From Tubiluchus corallicola (Eukaryota > Animalia > Priapulida), in contig JAQGDQ010000046.1 in the NCBI GenBank assembly GCA_030141605.1, positions 1-64,000 of the forward strand: a DNA stretch of 64,000 nt, read 5' to 3'. This document shows, piece by piece, positions 12,116 through 26,500 of this stretch. Numbering within the stretch: position 1 is the first letter of the stretch; each line of letters begins with the position of its first letter. A program made the position numbers and the translations under genes. The notes beneath the pieces were generated by a model. The model ran no database searches. It was given only the letters and a program-made list of their open reading frames with translations, and was not told the origin of the DNA.

Positions 12116-15100
12116 ATACTAAATTAGAAAGTTTGGAAAATTTTTGCGCCTTCACTTGCACAGATCTTCTAGGTTTGACTATTTTTAATAACATTTGCCT
12201 ACTATTTTCTTTTTAATACTACAAGATTTACTATTATTTTTAATAATAATTTTTTATACTATTTTTGATGCTACTATTTTTAATGCTAAAAAACGAGATC
12301 AGCTCTGATACGGAATTTAGTTTTTAAACTTAACAATAGGTCTAATAAAAATTACTTGATCGATGTATATCCACGTATTTTTATTTTTGTAACAAAGGTT
12401 CCTAACCTCTTGTGCAACTGAAAGTAATAAGAAGCTAGATCGCAGTTATTATAAAAATTCTTTCTTCGGAGATGAATAGACAACTTGAGATAATAAAAAT
12501 GGTTCCTGGTACGGTTCTAGTAACACAAATATTAAAAGCCGCACAGCACGTGACATCTTCAACATAACATTAAAAAGTAGTGTCATAGATCTTTAAGCGC
12601 AAACAAAGAGCTCGTATTAAGGCTGTTGTCGTTTGCACTGCTTACACTTGAGGCTGGATTGCTGATGATGATATTCATAGAACGTTGTCTTTGTAAAGAA
12701 AATGGAAATTTTACAGAAACCTGCATGTACCAGTACTTCAACAACAAAACGCGCGTCTTGCTGCTGAAGCAGGAAAATGTCATCAGGCTGCAAATCACAC
12801 AATTTTCTCTTCTACAACGAAATAAAGCTCATTACGTTATTAAGACGAGAACCTTAGTGCATGGTGTTGGTGAGCCACCGTATACGTTTGCTTAATTGGG
12901 GTCCCATGAGAGTGATGTTTCTGTGAACAGATTTTATAATGTCACCTGATGCAACTGCCATGTAATGGTTCGTAACCGTTCTTGCAATTTAAAATATTAG
13001 TTTACAATTGTTAGTTTATTAGGATTGAGCAGCAAGAGTACAGACAGCGGAGCGCAAGCCGAGGTAGCCCTGTAGAAGAGTGACATCCCCATTACAAACT
13101 TTTAAAAGTTAATGATGTCCTGCTGGAGCCTTTTTATTTGAACAATTTCAAATGCGAATTGTTGTGAAAAATAATTGTGCATTTGTACTGATGGTGACAA
13201 TGACTCTGTGTACGCTGAATTTCTTGTGGTAATGCGGTGGTGGTAGTGGTAGTAGTGAAAATGATAATAATGACGATGACTAAGATTATGATAACCATGA
13301 TGAATGGTAATGAATGGCTGTGGCAGCAAATTGCATTGGTGTAAACAATGTAATGTAATGATGATGATCATAAGAACAAAAAGAGTTGTTTGCCATTGTT
13401 GCCTACCTAGTTGCAAGTTTTCATCCACCTAGATAAGACAAAAACGATGAAACCTCACCATACCATTGTTTGAAATTGAAAGTTTAATGTTCTAGCCTTG
13501 CTGTTATTTCATACGTTGCCTGCAACGGTTACGGATTCGGTTTTCATAAGACAACATCGACATCCTAATAACGATATCGTTGGTTAATATCACGGTTGTC
13601 TAATAACTGTGAGCTATATGACTTATGCTGGTGGCCCATTAGTTAGATGTTTATTGCTCTGGAAATGATGAAATAACCGACTTCGTATATCAGTTGTCGT
13701 AATATAGTTGAAGTATCCTTGTTGACTTAGCAAAGACTATGGGCAGCAATAATGAGAAAGATAAACGCCTGTATGGATATTAGCGCAGAATGCACTGGAC
13801 CTTCAAAATTCAATACAATACCGAAGTTCACTCAGCCGTGCAGAAATGAATCACAAATTTATTATTAAGAAGTGGCCCTCTTTTTTACTTTGTTAGGTAG
13901 CGATGTCACATCGATTACACAAATATTTTTCAAAATGACAATAAACTTCATTTCGATGACAAAAGTTTGTTATTGTCGGGTTAGAAAATATTGCAAATTT
14001 GCTCGTTTTCAATACACCCAACGCACATTTTATTGAACTCTTTAAAACAGAAAAAGAGAAAAGCTGCACGAACTCATTTACAAAGCTATTCTGATTTCTG
14101 ATTCAAAATGTAATTGATCAAATCCGATTTTCATTTAAAATTGTATAAAGTCTCGGATTCTGCGTAATTATATGAAGATCAGTGTGTTCAAATATTCAAA
14201 TGGAGAATTAAAACATAATCTTGAATGAAACTCGGAAGACGGGAAGGTATTTTTGTTTAAATCCAACTTATATCGGGTTTTGTGAACTAAACAAAATTAA
14301 ACGATTAAAAGATACGCTTAATTGCAGTTGGAATAGTTGTGCAGACGTGGATGTTATTTTTATTTTTATTACTAACATTACTATTTTCTAACTGCTGCTT
14401 CTGTTTTTTGTTTGATTTTTTAAGTCAATGCTTTAGCTTGAACAAGAACTTGAAAAATAATTTCCATAACAAAACGAAATACGATCCTATAAAACCATTT
14501 AAAATTTGAAATTTAGTCAACATTTTGTGAACTGATTAATTTGCTTGAAAGCTCTTTCATGTAGACTGAGTTTTCTCTTTTTCTCGTTAACTTTTTCTTT
14601 TTGATGCGCAGACACTGCACATGCAAAGAATTTGGGACTCTTTGAGTTGTAAGAAGTCGTATCAGGATTTCTGCTGTTAATCAAACCTCTCATCAATAAC
14701 AAGGAAATATTGACATTCGTCCTGGTGCTCCCTTACATTATTAACAAGCTCAATATCGTCCCACTTTACCAGACAAACGCATTAATTGTCGGAGGAGTTA
14801 TTCTGAAGAGGACCACGAAAGTGCGCAGATCATCAGGCTCTTGCAAAGTTTAGGGACGCCGCATTTAATATTAATGGCAAAATCGTAAAAAACTATAATA
14901 GAATGCCAGAAACTTCTGGAATTTTTGAAATCACGCTTAAATAAATAATACATGTAAAATATTTGTTGCTACCTGTTCCTCGGCTTTGTTTTTCGACTGT
15001 CTGTCGTTCTACCTGTGTCACGCCCGTTTTCACCTTTGTCTTTTTATTTATTCACTTTTTTATTATTGTCTGCCGATTCCCTCGTAATTCTTTCTGTCCT

Positions 15101-16727
15101 CCTACTTTAGCTTAGTTAATGCAGGATGAAAATTTGTTGACTTGTTTTTGCAGAGTATTTGTGTCTGGCGGTACTGGTAATTTTATTTTGATCCTCGACG
15201 ACCTACACACTGTCACAAGTCATTTCCGGTTTTGGACATATTACAAGAATCTGCTCCCTTGGGAGCGATCCAGCTAAGAATGTAATTACTAATTCTGATA
15301 TGAGCAAGAACATATGAGAAATTTCTGTTTGATCTGATCAAGCAGACTATTAGACTCTCCACAGCGAACTATAGAACCACTCTGGTACAAATAATATGAA
15401 GTTTCTGTAATCGACGATGCCTTATCATATGCGCAAGGGGCTCCATTATTAACCGTAGGTTTAATCGCAACAAAATCTGTTTTAGTTTATGCAAGGTCTT
15501 CGATAACAGAATTCGAGAAATGCTACAGATCGCTTTTAGATTTTTAGTGTAAAATTAAAGTAGGTGTAACTGTTTCCAAATTCAAAGAACTCGAAAAGAG
15601 TAGCTTACATGCACACAAGCTATCACAAACTGTACAAAATAGCGGATTGAATTACCTTTAAAAGTTAAATTTTACAGTAAATTCCTGACAGAGGCAAGGC
15701 AAGAGCAAAACACAACGTATTGTGGAAAATAAAAAAGACGGAAAAGAACCACAACAAAATAAATGAAAAAAGACTGTTGTCAGAAAATTGCTTTGTACTC
15801 TTGCAGCTCATCATAAAATAAAGATACCGAAAGGCTTTTTGCCAAACCACTTTACAGCTTTTAATTACTTATCAATGTTGACAAAACGATAAAACCTGAG
15901 CGAAAATATATTTTAGCAGCTGGACCTCTGGCGTTATCGATATGTACATCAGAACTATGCGATCACTCGTGGGTCGCTTAATTTTATGTAGCTTAAATCG
16001 TAAATTTGTCAGATTGAGTTTAACCAAACTGGGCTTTGTGTCAATGGCATCATGATTAATATTATCATTGTAGACAAGGACCCAAAGCCCGTTCCGCCTT
16101 GAGAAAAAGATACATTAAGGACATTAAAAAAATCATCCCAATAGTGAAAGTACCTTGTCATTAAAATCTTTGGCTCTAGTTAGTGTGTCCTATAGTCCTA
16201 TAGTTTAATAACATTAAATTTTAAATAATTGCGGCACACTGAAACGCCTAACATCATATTGGGTTAAGGCGCGTGAAATCCGTAATTCACTTGCCAAAAA
16301 AGTAGAACTTTGTGCCTTCTGAAAAGTAACTTGTCATTTTCTGTTGCTATTCTGTTTTCGTCGCAATTACTCTCTTCCTTTTCCTTCAATGATTGCCCTT
16401 TCAGCGTCTTATTTGCAGCCTGGTTAAATTGTCCTGTTTCCTTCAGCAGTATTTGCCTAGTATTTCTAGAATTAAATGCTTTTTCCTAAATGATGGTCAT
16501 AAGTTTTGACTTTAATTAAGCGTGAGCTTTTGTTAACGGTTCCTTTTCAAGAAAAATCATGTCAGAAAACCAGAACACCAAGAGAACTACACAAGCAATT
16601 CGTTTAGCTCACAGAAACGTCATTGTACGTCCCTTGAATGAAATTTTCTTTGTAGTAATAAACAGAAAACATATAACTTATATAAAAATGTTAGATCTGA
16701 TACTTCTCTCTGTCCTTTTAAATTAGT

Positions 16728-16906
<179 letters not shown>

Positions 16907-19900
16907 TTAATAGTCTTCAATTTAGCATGCACTATGTTGCATTTTTATACGATCGTAGGTTATCGAAATAAACTTAACTTCAACTTAATTAAGCAAAGAC
17001 AGTCCGATGCTGGTAACCCATTACTTTTTTTGTTAAATAGCTTAAAGGTCAAGGTCAGAATATCAAAAACGTCTGAAAAGTTTATGTCCATAGTGACTCC
17101 ACGTGTCTGCACTTTTGCTCTAGTGAAAACAGGTGTGTACGTTGCAAGTTGTCCGAGGCTTTTGTACTCCACATACACATTAAGACATATCACATATATA
17201 AACATACATCTGCATTCAAAGCAACTCTACTTGATAAATTTTCACAACTGCACCACTGCTAGTGAAATACTCAAAACAGTGGATACTCAATACGCATCCG
17301 TTTTAGTCTTAAGTAACCACTGCGTGCACGTAACTAATGAATTTAACTCAAGCAGGATTCAGGTAGGTATCGTGTTTCGTATTGTTGCAAATATTTCGTT
17401 GAAAAATGTTCAACAACGCAAGCTGATTTCTTGTAAACGCGCCTAAGTCTTTACGTCTTTGTAGAGAACGTTAATTGATTATTGGATTAAAACGCAAGTA
17501 ATGCGACAAACGACAATGTGGAGTGACAGCTTGATAATTCTAGAAAAACCGATCAGTGATCATTCGAAATCAGGTGGAAGCTAGCGACAGAATTTAACAA
17601 GTTCGACTCGAACTGTTGGTCGATGCACTCGCTCAGCTCAAGGTCGTGAATTATAAATGACGTCAATGCCGCTATCTTGAATTTAAGACGACAACGGAAA
17701 ATCCGACTCAGTTAATCGATTCAAAATTTATTCTAATATATTTCTATAAAGCGACATTTAAACCCATTCTGTAGGTTGATGTGGAACTCATTCTAGTAAT
17801 AATACTCCTGTAAAGTTTCAGGACAGTCATTCAGCAATTGGTGGAACTTTGGGCTGCTTCTAAAATAATATTAAAGCAACCATCATAAATTTAGAATGGC
17901 GGATTGAAAATCCGACTGTCAGTCGATGCGGAATTTTTTCTTGTACGTTCGTCTGAAGTTTCCATCCGACGATCCATTGCAAATTCAAGGAGCCATAGCC
18001 TTTTTTTCAATTAGATCATCTCAAAAACAAAGACAATATTCAGAAAAAAGCGATTTGGGTAGAGTCCCTCGATCCATGTAAGTATGTGTTACAGGACCAG
18101 AAATGTGTAAAATTTAGACGATGTCTAAAATTCCTACGCACTTCATACATCACTATACATTTTGGGAAAAAGTGAAATAAATGTTTTTGCTGCGACATTT
18201 TCATACTTTTCCTACACCTTTTGTACAATAGCTAGGATCTATACAGTATGCGAAAAGTAGTTAGGCAAAGTATAAAATGAATAGAATTTATCTACTCTCC
18301 TAGATTTTTGTACACTATCTAGGCATTGTATAGAATGCGTAAAACGGCTTAGGCAATGTCTTAAATTAAGCAAGGAGTACAAGTAAATAGGTGAGTTAAT
18401 TTGTTTTACTGGTATCCTAAAATTTTCATAGAAAATAAAAATACATGTATAACTGAGTGGCAACGAGTAAATAATATAGTAGTAGAATTTTAGAATAACT
18501 ATGGGATTGCACAATCGGTATCACAAAGTCTGTCAAGCAGTTCACTCATCTAGCAGTATTTCCTTCTTAATGCCGGTGATGTATCATTGCTTTTATGTTG
18601 TAGTAGCCATGACATCATACAACATAACCTATAGGCAGTAATGAGGAGGCTGCTTTTTCACCCTAACGTTAAATCGGTTTCGCATGATTACTTAATTGCT
18701 GGTATTTTCCGCCATTTAGAAAAACAGTGTTAAATGCATTATTTGCTTGCCCTTCTCTAATGCAGTGTCAAAACACTTTCATTTTAAGACGTTCGGAGTA
18801 GTCAACGGTTACGTGTTTCTGCATTCATCGTATATGAAACACATCTAGAATGGAAGTATAAATGTGCTTGGATTCGACCCGTCTTTTTTGTCAGTTAAAG
18901 GTTTTCATTAGAAAATCATGGGAAGTGTTGATCACACATATTAATAAAATACCCTATGTCACACTTTCCCCGTAGCATATACGCTTATTTTACACTATTG
19001 GCACTATTAAACACACACAGTAACCACTCAGCTATTCTGTCAATTATTCGCCTCAAAGAGCTGGCTTAATTAAATCTCAGTTGACCACAACAATCAAATC
19101 TGTAGCACAAAACTGCGTTCTCGTGAATGATTATAGCTCTATTGTTGGATTTTAATTATCCAAGCGCCAAAGTAATAATAAGTTTACTAGCCCGTTCTGG
19201 CCTCAGAAATACAATTTTCGCAGTCACGTTTTCTTCATTTCTTTTATCTATTATTAATTAATACGCAATAGATTTCAAACGTAAGCGTTGCTCTGATAAG
19301 TGATTCTGAAAATCGTCTGTGCGAAGTCTAAATGAGTTTTTAGTTCACAGGCAAACACTGCTACTTACGTAAACAGCATTGAAATTCCGTTAGAAGTTTA
19401 CAAAATCCATTTATAAAGTGTATGCTGATATGAATTGCAATGATTTTTGTATACTATAGATGGAGTACTATGTAATTTATAGTATTATGTAATATTTTGT
19501 ACTAAAGTGATTTCACCACTTTATGTCAAACAACGTGCCCAAAATTTGTTAAATTTTCTTAGCGTCACTACAAACAGGCAGAACATCACTGAAGTGAAAC
19601 AGATTCATGAAGCATCGTCATTCCTGTCACGTTTACCTCTAATCCTATATGCTTTCTACACTCCAGTCTTTCATTCTGCGTTTGTAATCACAAAATTGCA
19701 TATCCAAGAAAGGGTCCAATGCAAGGAAAACACAAAAAATGTGTATAAATTTACTTAACTAAATGTGACTCATCAAAACTTCAAAGTCATATAGCAGAAT
19801 CCTGTTTGGTAGTTCATCATTTCGAGTACGCTAATAATTATCAGAAAGTACTCGCTTGCTTTATAAAGAAAGCTGACTAACTACTGATGGATTAAATTTG

Positions 19901-20242
19901 AAAATATTGTATTAAAGCTAAATTAATTTTATTATAACTGCGTTAATTTTAATTTCAGGGTGGCGTTGTTGATGTCCAGAAATACGATATTTGATACTGA
20001 CATTGAATAAGCAACGCTTTGAAACAGTTCTTCGAATATCAAGCCTTTCCTAATGTGCCTTCAATTAATGGTGTAGATTTTGAAGTCCTGCTGCTTCATC
20101 AATTAATTTGTTACTATGACATACGTTAATTAAGTGCGCAGTCACGTTGTTAATTTGTGTTCGAGTCTAAAAAGCCTCTTAAGTATTTGAACACGCTGCA
20201 TTTGCACTCGCTTGTCGTAACAAGCGCTCTTTGAAGGTAGCA

Positions 20243-20548
20243 ATGATGTCAGAAGCAGCACTTGGCCTGCTTCGCCTTTTGCTTCTGATTCTCGTCATTC
20301 TTCCACTGAGCAGTCGTGGCAAGGAATACTTTTTCAGGCGAACCCCTATAGCGGCGTGTGATAATAATACCACCTACCTAAAAATCGGGGGAATATTCCC
20401 GAATTATCCCAAGCTGTTTATAGCGGGAAGAAAGAAGAAATACGAAAGCGATGTTAGAACTGCCATCAGTGAGTTGACTAAGAAGGCAGAAGTTACTCAT
20501 ATGTCGTTTACTCAAGATTACAAGCTAGTGTCACACTGTTCACCTCAG
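20243..20548 (+). CDS. Nmdar2: NR2-like coding exon 1 (signal peptide, ATD start)
   Basis: MMSEAALGLLRLLLLILVILPLSS..KIGGIFP..CSPQ|gtagag. Confidence 0.8.
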
Positions 20549-23500
20549 GTAGAGACCAGCAATATTGCATTAAATTGTATAAACATTAATTGTTTTGAAA
20601 TATATATATATACTGTTAAGTATGTTTAAATAGATATTGGATATTAGTGAACTGTAAGTTCCTTGCCAATTTGTAAAGATGTCCAATAATGACAACACTA
20701 ATGACGACAATGAAACTCCAAATATATCCGTTACATACATCCGTTATATAGATATTTCTACAAAATAATACATTTATGTTCATACTTGACTGGCCTTGAC
20801 AAGAATTTGTTATGAGCAGTCTTTCCAATAGTTTCCATTCCCTTCCTCTCTCTTTCTCTTTCATTCTCTCTCTCCCTTTTATCCCTCTCCCTCTCTTCTT
20901 TTTTCATCTCTCTCTGTCTTTCTCTCTCTGTGTGTCTCACCGTCTCTTTCTATCTTTCTTTCCCTATATTCTAACCTTTTCCGGGGCGCCAATATTCCTC
21001 CTAATCACTCATATGATATTGCCCCATTTCACTGAGGTTCTCTCGCGGTTTCTGTACACGTTTCAGTTATCCAGGCACGTAGTAAGATTAAACGGATTAC
21101 AGAGTCATTGCATTTAATGGTAGAATTGTTCAAACCGTTATGGTGTATCTTACAGTTGCAGTACATCAGCGTCGATGAGCCTAGTCCAGCAGACATTTTG
21201 GAGAATGTTTTATGTCCAATGCTGAAGCACAACATATCAGCCATCATTTTCTGCTCTCACTTAATCGACCTTCCCGAGCAGGGCTCGTTTGCCCAGTTCA
21301 CGGCGTCCAGTCGCTACTTGCTCAATCTTCTCACCTACCTGAACATACCTGTGATCGGTTGGAATGCTGACAACTCCGGCTTTAACGTAAGTATTTACAA
21401 TAAACTTTGATTTTATAAAATGCTTTAGAATTTAGGGTTTTATAGAAATACTTTTTCATTCTCGTCAAAAAACTGTCTGCTTGGTGCTTAAAACCGCAAA
21501 CGTTTATCCTAATATTTAAACTTTGAACAACATCATACCTAGTTCAAGTTCAGAAAAGTGCAAAACAGTCAAGCTTACTGCTCCCCCCCCCCCAGCCAAA
21601 GGCTTTCTCGACACTGTATTTTGAACGAGCCTTGCCCCGGTTGACGGGAAAGTTTTGTGTGATGGATGCTGTCAGCAGGAAAAGAATGAAGATAATTCAA
21701 ATGACAACAAATCAGGCGATAAAAGTAAAAAGGATTGTATGAGAAACTTCAAATTCAATCAGGCATCGCGGAGATAAATGGCATAAAAGAGTGTCTTAAC
21801 ACTGGGATTGGCTCACTGGAGGGTAGTCTAATAGACAGAATTAAACACTTGCTAACTCCGAAATGGCATTTTTAAAAGAGGAACTAAGTGAAAATGTTGA
21901 AAACGCACAGAAATGAATTGAGTTGTTAGACAGTACTGCACGTAGTACGTCTAAGATATAGACGATATCGCATCTAGTTCAAGTCTTATTAATTGCACTT
22001 TAGTTTTTTTATAATCTTCCGCCTAGCGATGAGAATGGGGAACCAAAGTTCCTACGGTAGTCGGAAGTTTCTTATTGAAAGTGCCGAATGCAAATTTCAA
22101 GCCTGTGATGTTTTTTCTTTGTACAATTCCGATAGTTAAGGATAGTTCAGCGTAATGCTAAAGGAGTCAGTATACCTGTAAGAAATGAATTTTAATTAAT
22201 TAAAATCGGCTGTATGAATATTGAACTTAAAAAGCATTGGCAAAATGTACGGACTATTCAATAAAGTCAACTATAACACTAACGCTCTTATCAGCTGCAG
22301 CTTTTTTGAATTTAGATTTTTTTAAGGCTCTTTTTAAGTCAACATAGTATATGAACGTAGTATTATTTTAGCTAGAACATTTTGTAATTCCTCAATGGGT
22401 TTTTACTTTCTAACCAAGACAAATAGTAAGTTTTTATTTTGTTGCACCTACAATGTGATATATTTTTATATAATTACATGTATAATGCAAAAATTTTCCA
22501 CATAAAAACTAGCTGCATAACTTAACATTTAGTAAAATTAAGCAGGTGGATATTCTCAGTCAATCAAGCTGCTTTCGTTAAGGTCTAAGATTCTTTGTTA
22601 TCTGCTTTCTTATAACAGTTTTGTAAACGTTTTATCATTTTTTCTAGGTTAAACTTGTACAAACATAGTTTTCAGAGAGAATTGTAGCATCGGGCATGAC
22701 GTCAGTAAGGCCATTGTGAATTCAATCAGCTATCAATTTCTAGTCAAAGTTAGCCGAAACCTGTTTATTAAAATATTGCAAATTTAATAGATTTTTTTAA
22801 AAACATTTTTACCTTGATTCACTTCTCGCTTCCAATTCTAATTACTTTACACCTTGTACATATTTTATCGATTTTTTATTTTATCGTAATTTTAGTGTCA
22901 GTAATGTGAATTTTACCCAATGTTAACTTGCGTATTTAATCGTATTTGTCATTTCATAATATAGGTTGGCGTAGGAGTTAATAACGGAATTCAGTCTCTT
23001 CTTTTATAAAATACTGTATATTTTGTAAATGCTCTTAATATGATATGATATGATATGATATGATATGATATGATATGATATGATATGATATGATATGATA
23101 TGATATGGTATGGTATGGTATGGTATGGTATGGTATGGTATGGCATGGCATGGCATGGCAGGGCAGGGCAGGGCAGGGCAGGGCAGGGCAGGGCAGGGCA
23201 GGGCAGGGCAGATTAGATTGGATTGGATTGGATTGGATTGGATTGGATTGGATTGGATTAGATTAGATTAGATTAGATTAGATTAGATTAGATTAGATTA
23301 GATTAGATTAGATTAGATTAGATTAGATTAGATTTGATTAGATTAGATTAGATTAGATTAGATTAGATTAGATTAGATTAGATTAGATTAGATTAGATTA
23401 GATTAGATTAGATTAGATTAGATTAGATTAGATTAGATTAGATTAGATTAGATTAGATTAGATTAGATTAGATTAGATTAGATTAGATTAGATTAGATTA

Positions 23501-26500
23501 GATTAGATTAGATTAGATTAGATTAGATTAGATTAGATTAGATTAGATTAGATTAGATTAGATTAGATTAGATTAGATTAGATTAGATTAGATTAGATTA
23601 GATTAGATTAGATTAGATTATATTATATTATATTATATTATATTATATTATATTATATTATATTATATTATATTGTATTATATTATATTATATAAAAGCA
23701 CTAAAAGAGCTGCCATAAGACTGAAATACCTTTGAGTCGAACCCATTCCAGTAATCAAACAACCTCCATTCCCTGTTAATTCAGTTTCACAATTATAAAT
23801 AACTGTACTGTAGTTATGCGCGATTTGGTGCATTCACTGAAAAAGCAAAAATAGTATTACAGCAACGCCTAACTGCTGCAGTACTAGTTTTTATGGCTTT
23901 TGATTCACGGTAGTACTATGGCTTTGTAGCCTCTGACCCTTTGAAGTAGAAGTATATAACATCTAGCCACTGCAGTGGTATAGCTCAGCAGTTTCTGCCC
24001 TACTACCGTAGTAACGTTGAGCAACGATCAAGGCATTGCAGAAATCTGATTCAGCTAATCTGGCTACAGTGAGAATTACTGTAGTATTTGGCTTACTAAT
24101 TTTCAATTATAAAATTATAAAACCCTCCAAACTACACGAAGCGATCTTCTGAGTGATCAAAATATATCAAAACACACTATTGCAATGGCCTACCTTTACC
24201 ATAATGAAGCAAATGATCTATTTTTACAGTTGAATCCAGACAGCCTGTTTCTACAACTAGCGCCAGCCATCGCCGATCAGGTGATGGCCATGCTTGATTT
24301 TATGGAAAGGTATGGATGGCAAACTTTCAGCGTCATAACTACACAAGTGGGCGGCCACCAAGATTTCGTGCAGGCCATTCGTCAGCAAATGGAAAAGCGG
24401 GAAAAGCAAAAGTACGTTTGTCCTCGTACATTTTAATGTTCCTTAACATAAAAAAAATCCATCTTTGTTTGTTCTACGGTTAGCTATAAATTGCTTACTG
24501 GTTATACAACTCCTACCCATTAATGTTATCATGACTTAGTGCTGTAAGGAATAATTGATTACTAATATTGTGTAGGATCAATGATCAATCAATATTTCAA
24601 ACACAATAATCAATGCCTCTTCAGGCTGATTTCGTCATTAAGTTCATTTTGCAATCCCGGTGAAACGTGGTGGTGCTCTCTGCAAAAGATAGTGCCTTGT
24701 TCAAACGAATATACATGGCAGCAGTAACCAGCTGTTAACGCTATACGTTGGTATTAATGTCATAATGTAAAAATTTAATATGGTATCGATACGATAAGAA
24801 AACATCTTGCACTGGCTCTATTGATATCATAATATGCGTTCTAATGCTTTTAAATAGTGCGTTGATAATTTCGTCATTTGCACTAGAAAAACTACTAAAC
24901 CCTTGGGCTTCAGATTCAACATGCTAGAGGTAGTTACTATAGCTGCGTCACACAGCTTGCAGCACGTGCAGAAACAGATGTCACACCTACCAAACACAGA
25001 CACCAGAATTTTTCTACTGTATGCAACTACAGAAGAAGCCGACGTTTTGTTTCAGTGTAAGTAATACAAGCTTTATAACTGCAATCGTTACAAGCTTTAT
25101 AATACAGAGAGTTCACACGCATAATTGGTAGAAGAGATGGAAATATTAATTAGCTCTAGTGTCTTGCATTTCACAAGGTCTTTAATCGTTGTTTTTCTTC
25201 TACTTCAGCTAAAATGCGCATATAGCTAAAACAATGTCACAACAATACAGTTTCACATAAAAAAGTTTTGATAGGCAAATAATGCCACGAACACTAGAGT
25301 TTCACATAAAAAGTCATGATTGGCAGACCTGTTGGTCAATTGCTGTGGCAAAAAGACATCAAAATGTTGATTTTTATTAGACAGGGATCACTCGAAAGTG
25401 ACTAAAATGTTCGTTTCTCATTAATAAGTGAACCGTCACGTACAAAACGTGCCACTGAATTAATAGAATTTAACAGTTTCAGTAGTAGGGTGCAACAATT
25501 ATCATGCAGGTTTGGAAGCACTTATGCATAATTGGCTTCTTCGTAGCGGATTAACAGGTGCCAATAATGTTGCATGGGCAAACAATATAATTTCACCGCG
25601 CACGAAAAGCATGCAAAATATGTTTCGACTTCGCAAAAAGACTATTAAATCTCAGCAGTAACTTTATTTATTTCAGCTGCAAAGAATCTAGGTTTGACAA
25701 CCAGGGAGTATGTGTGGATCATCAGCCAGTCCATTGTTGCTGCTACTTATGACTCCTCAAAACTACTATTCAGCAAGAACAGAGAATTAAGCAGAAGACT
25801 CAGAAACTTCCCCATAGGTGGATCTTTACAAGCTTACGTGCATTTCATGTTTTAATAATTCTGCACGTTTTTCGATCAATTTTTCATTTGTTTATTTATT
25901 AGACTACATTTCGTTTAACCATAGCATTATTTTTCTCTATTTTCTTCTTAACCCAAGCTTTGTTCATTTACAATTCACTTATATGCATTCTGTCCTTCAA
26001 AACCTGACTAACAACGGTCTAAGCACATTTATACTAAATTTAAAAAAAGCAGATATGTGTACTCTGTAACATGAAATGAACAATCTAAAATTAGTGTAGA
26101 AGTAAGATATTGCGAGTTTTTAAAGATGGCAAATAATTGGCAAAGCCGCTAAGATAATGTTATGTAATTTCAAAGGTCTGATTGGCATACACTTTGACGC
26201 TAAAGACCCGGAGTACCTGAAAGAGAAAGCTAAGGTGGCTGTTGAACTCTTGGTTGATGGATTTGAGGACTTTTATAACGACATGCGCAAGAAGGGAGTG
26301 AAGACAGCACTGCACTCAAGTGTCTCTTGCGAAGATGATGATCCCAAACCCTGGAAACTTGGGCCTGAGTTTTACAAGTCAGCTTATATTATTATTTAAA
26401 CCATTGGCCATATTATTATAACTGTAATTTGCTTTTTTGTTAACTGGGTGTAAAAATTATTGAGTGTCTTGTCTAACATATTGATCAAACATCAATAGGA

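Noticed and set aside
14778-14825. Hammerhead-like core CTGAAGAG..CGAAA with possible stem III (CGCAT/GTGCG)
   Set aside because: Stem I does not pair and stem II has only 1 bp; most likely chance.
16934-17446. 170-aa ORF
   Set aside because: No recognisable motif, composition typical of AT-rich non-coding DNA, no splice-supported neighbours.
25240-25330. Short local tandem duplication (AGTTTCACATAAAAAG twice; similar case at 31979-32023)
   Set aside because: Ordinary intronic slippage with no sign of function.
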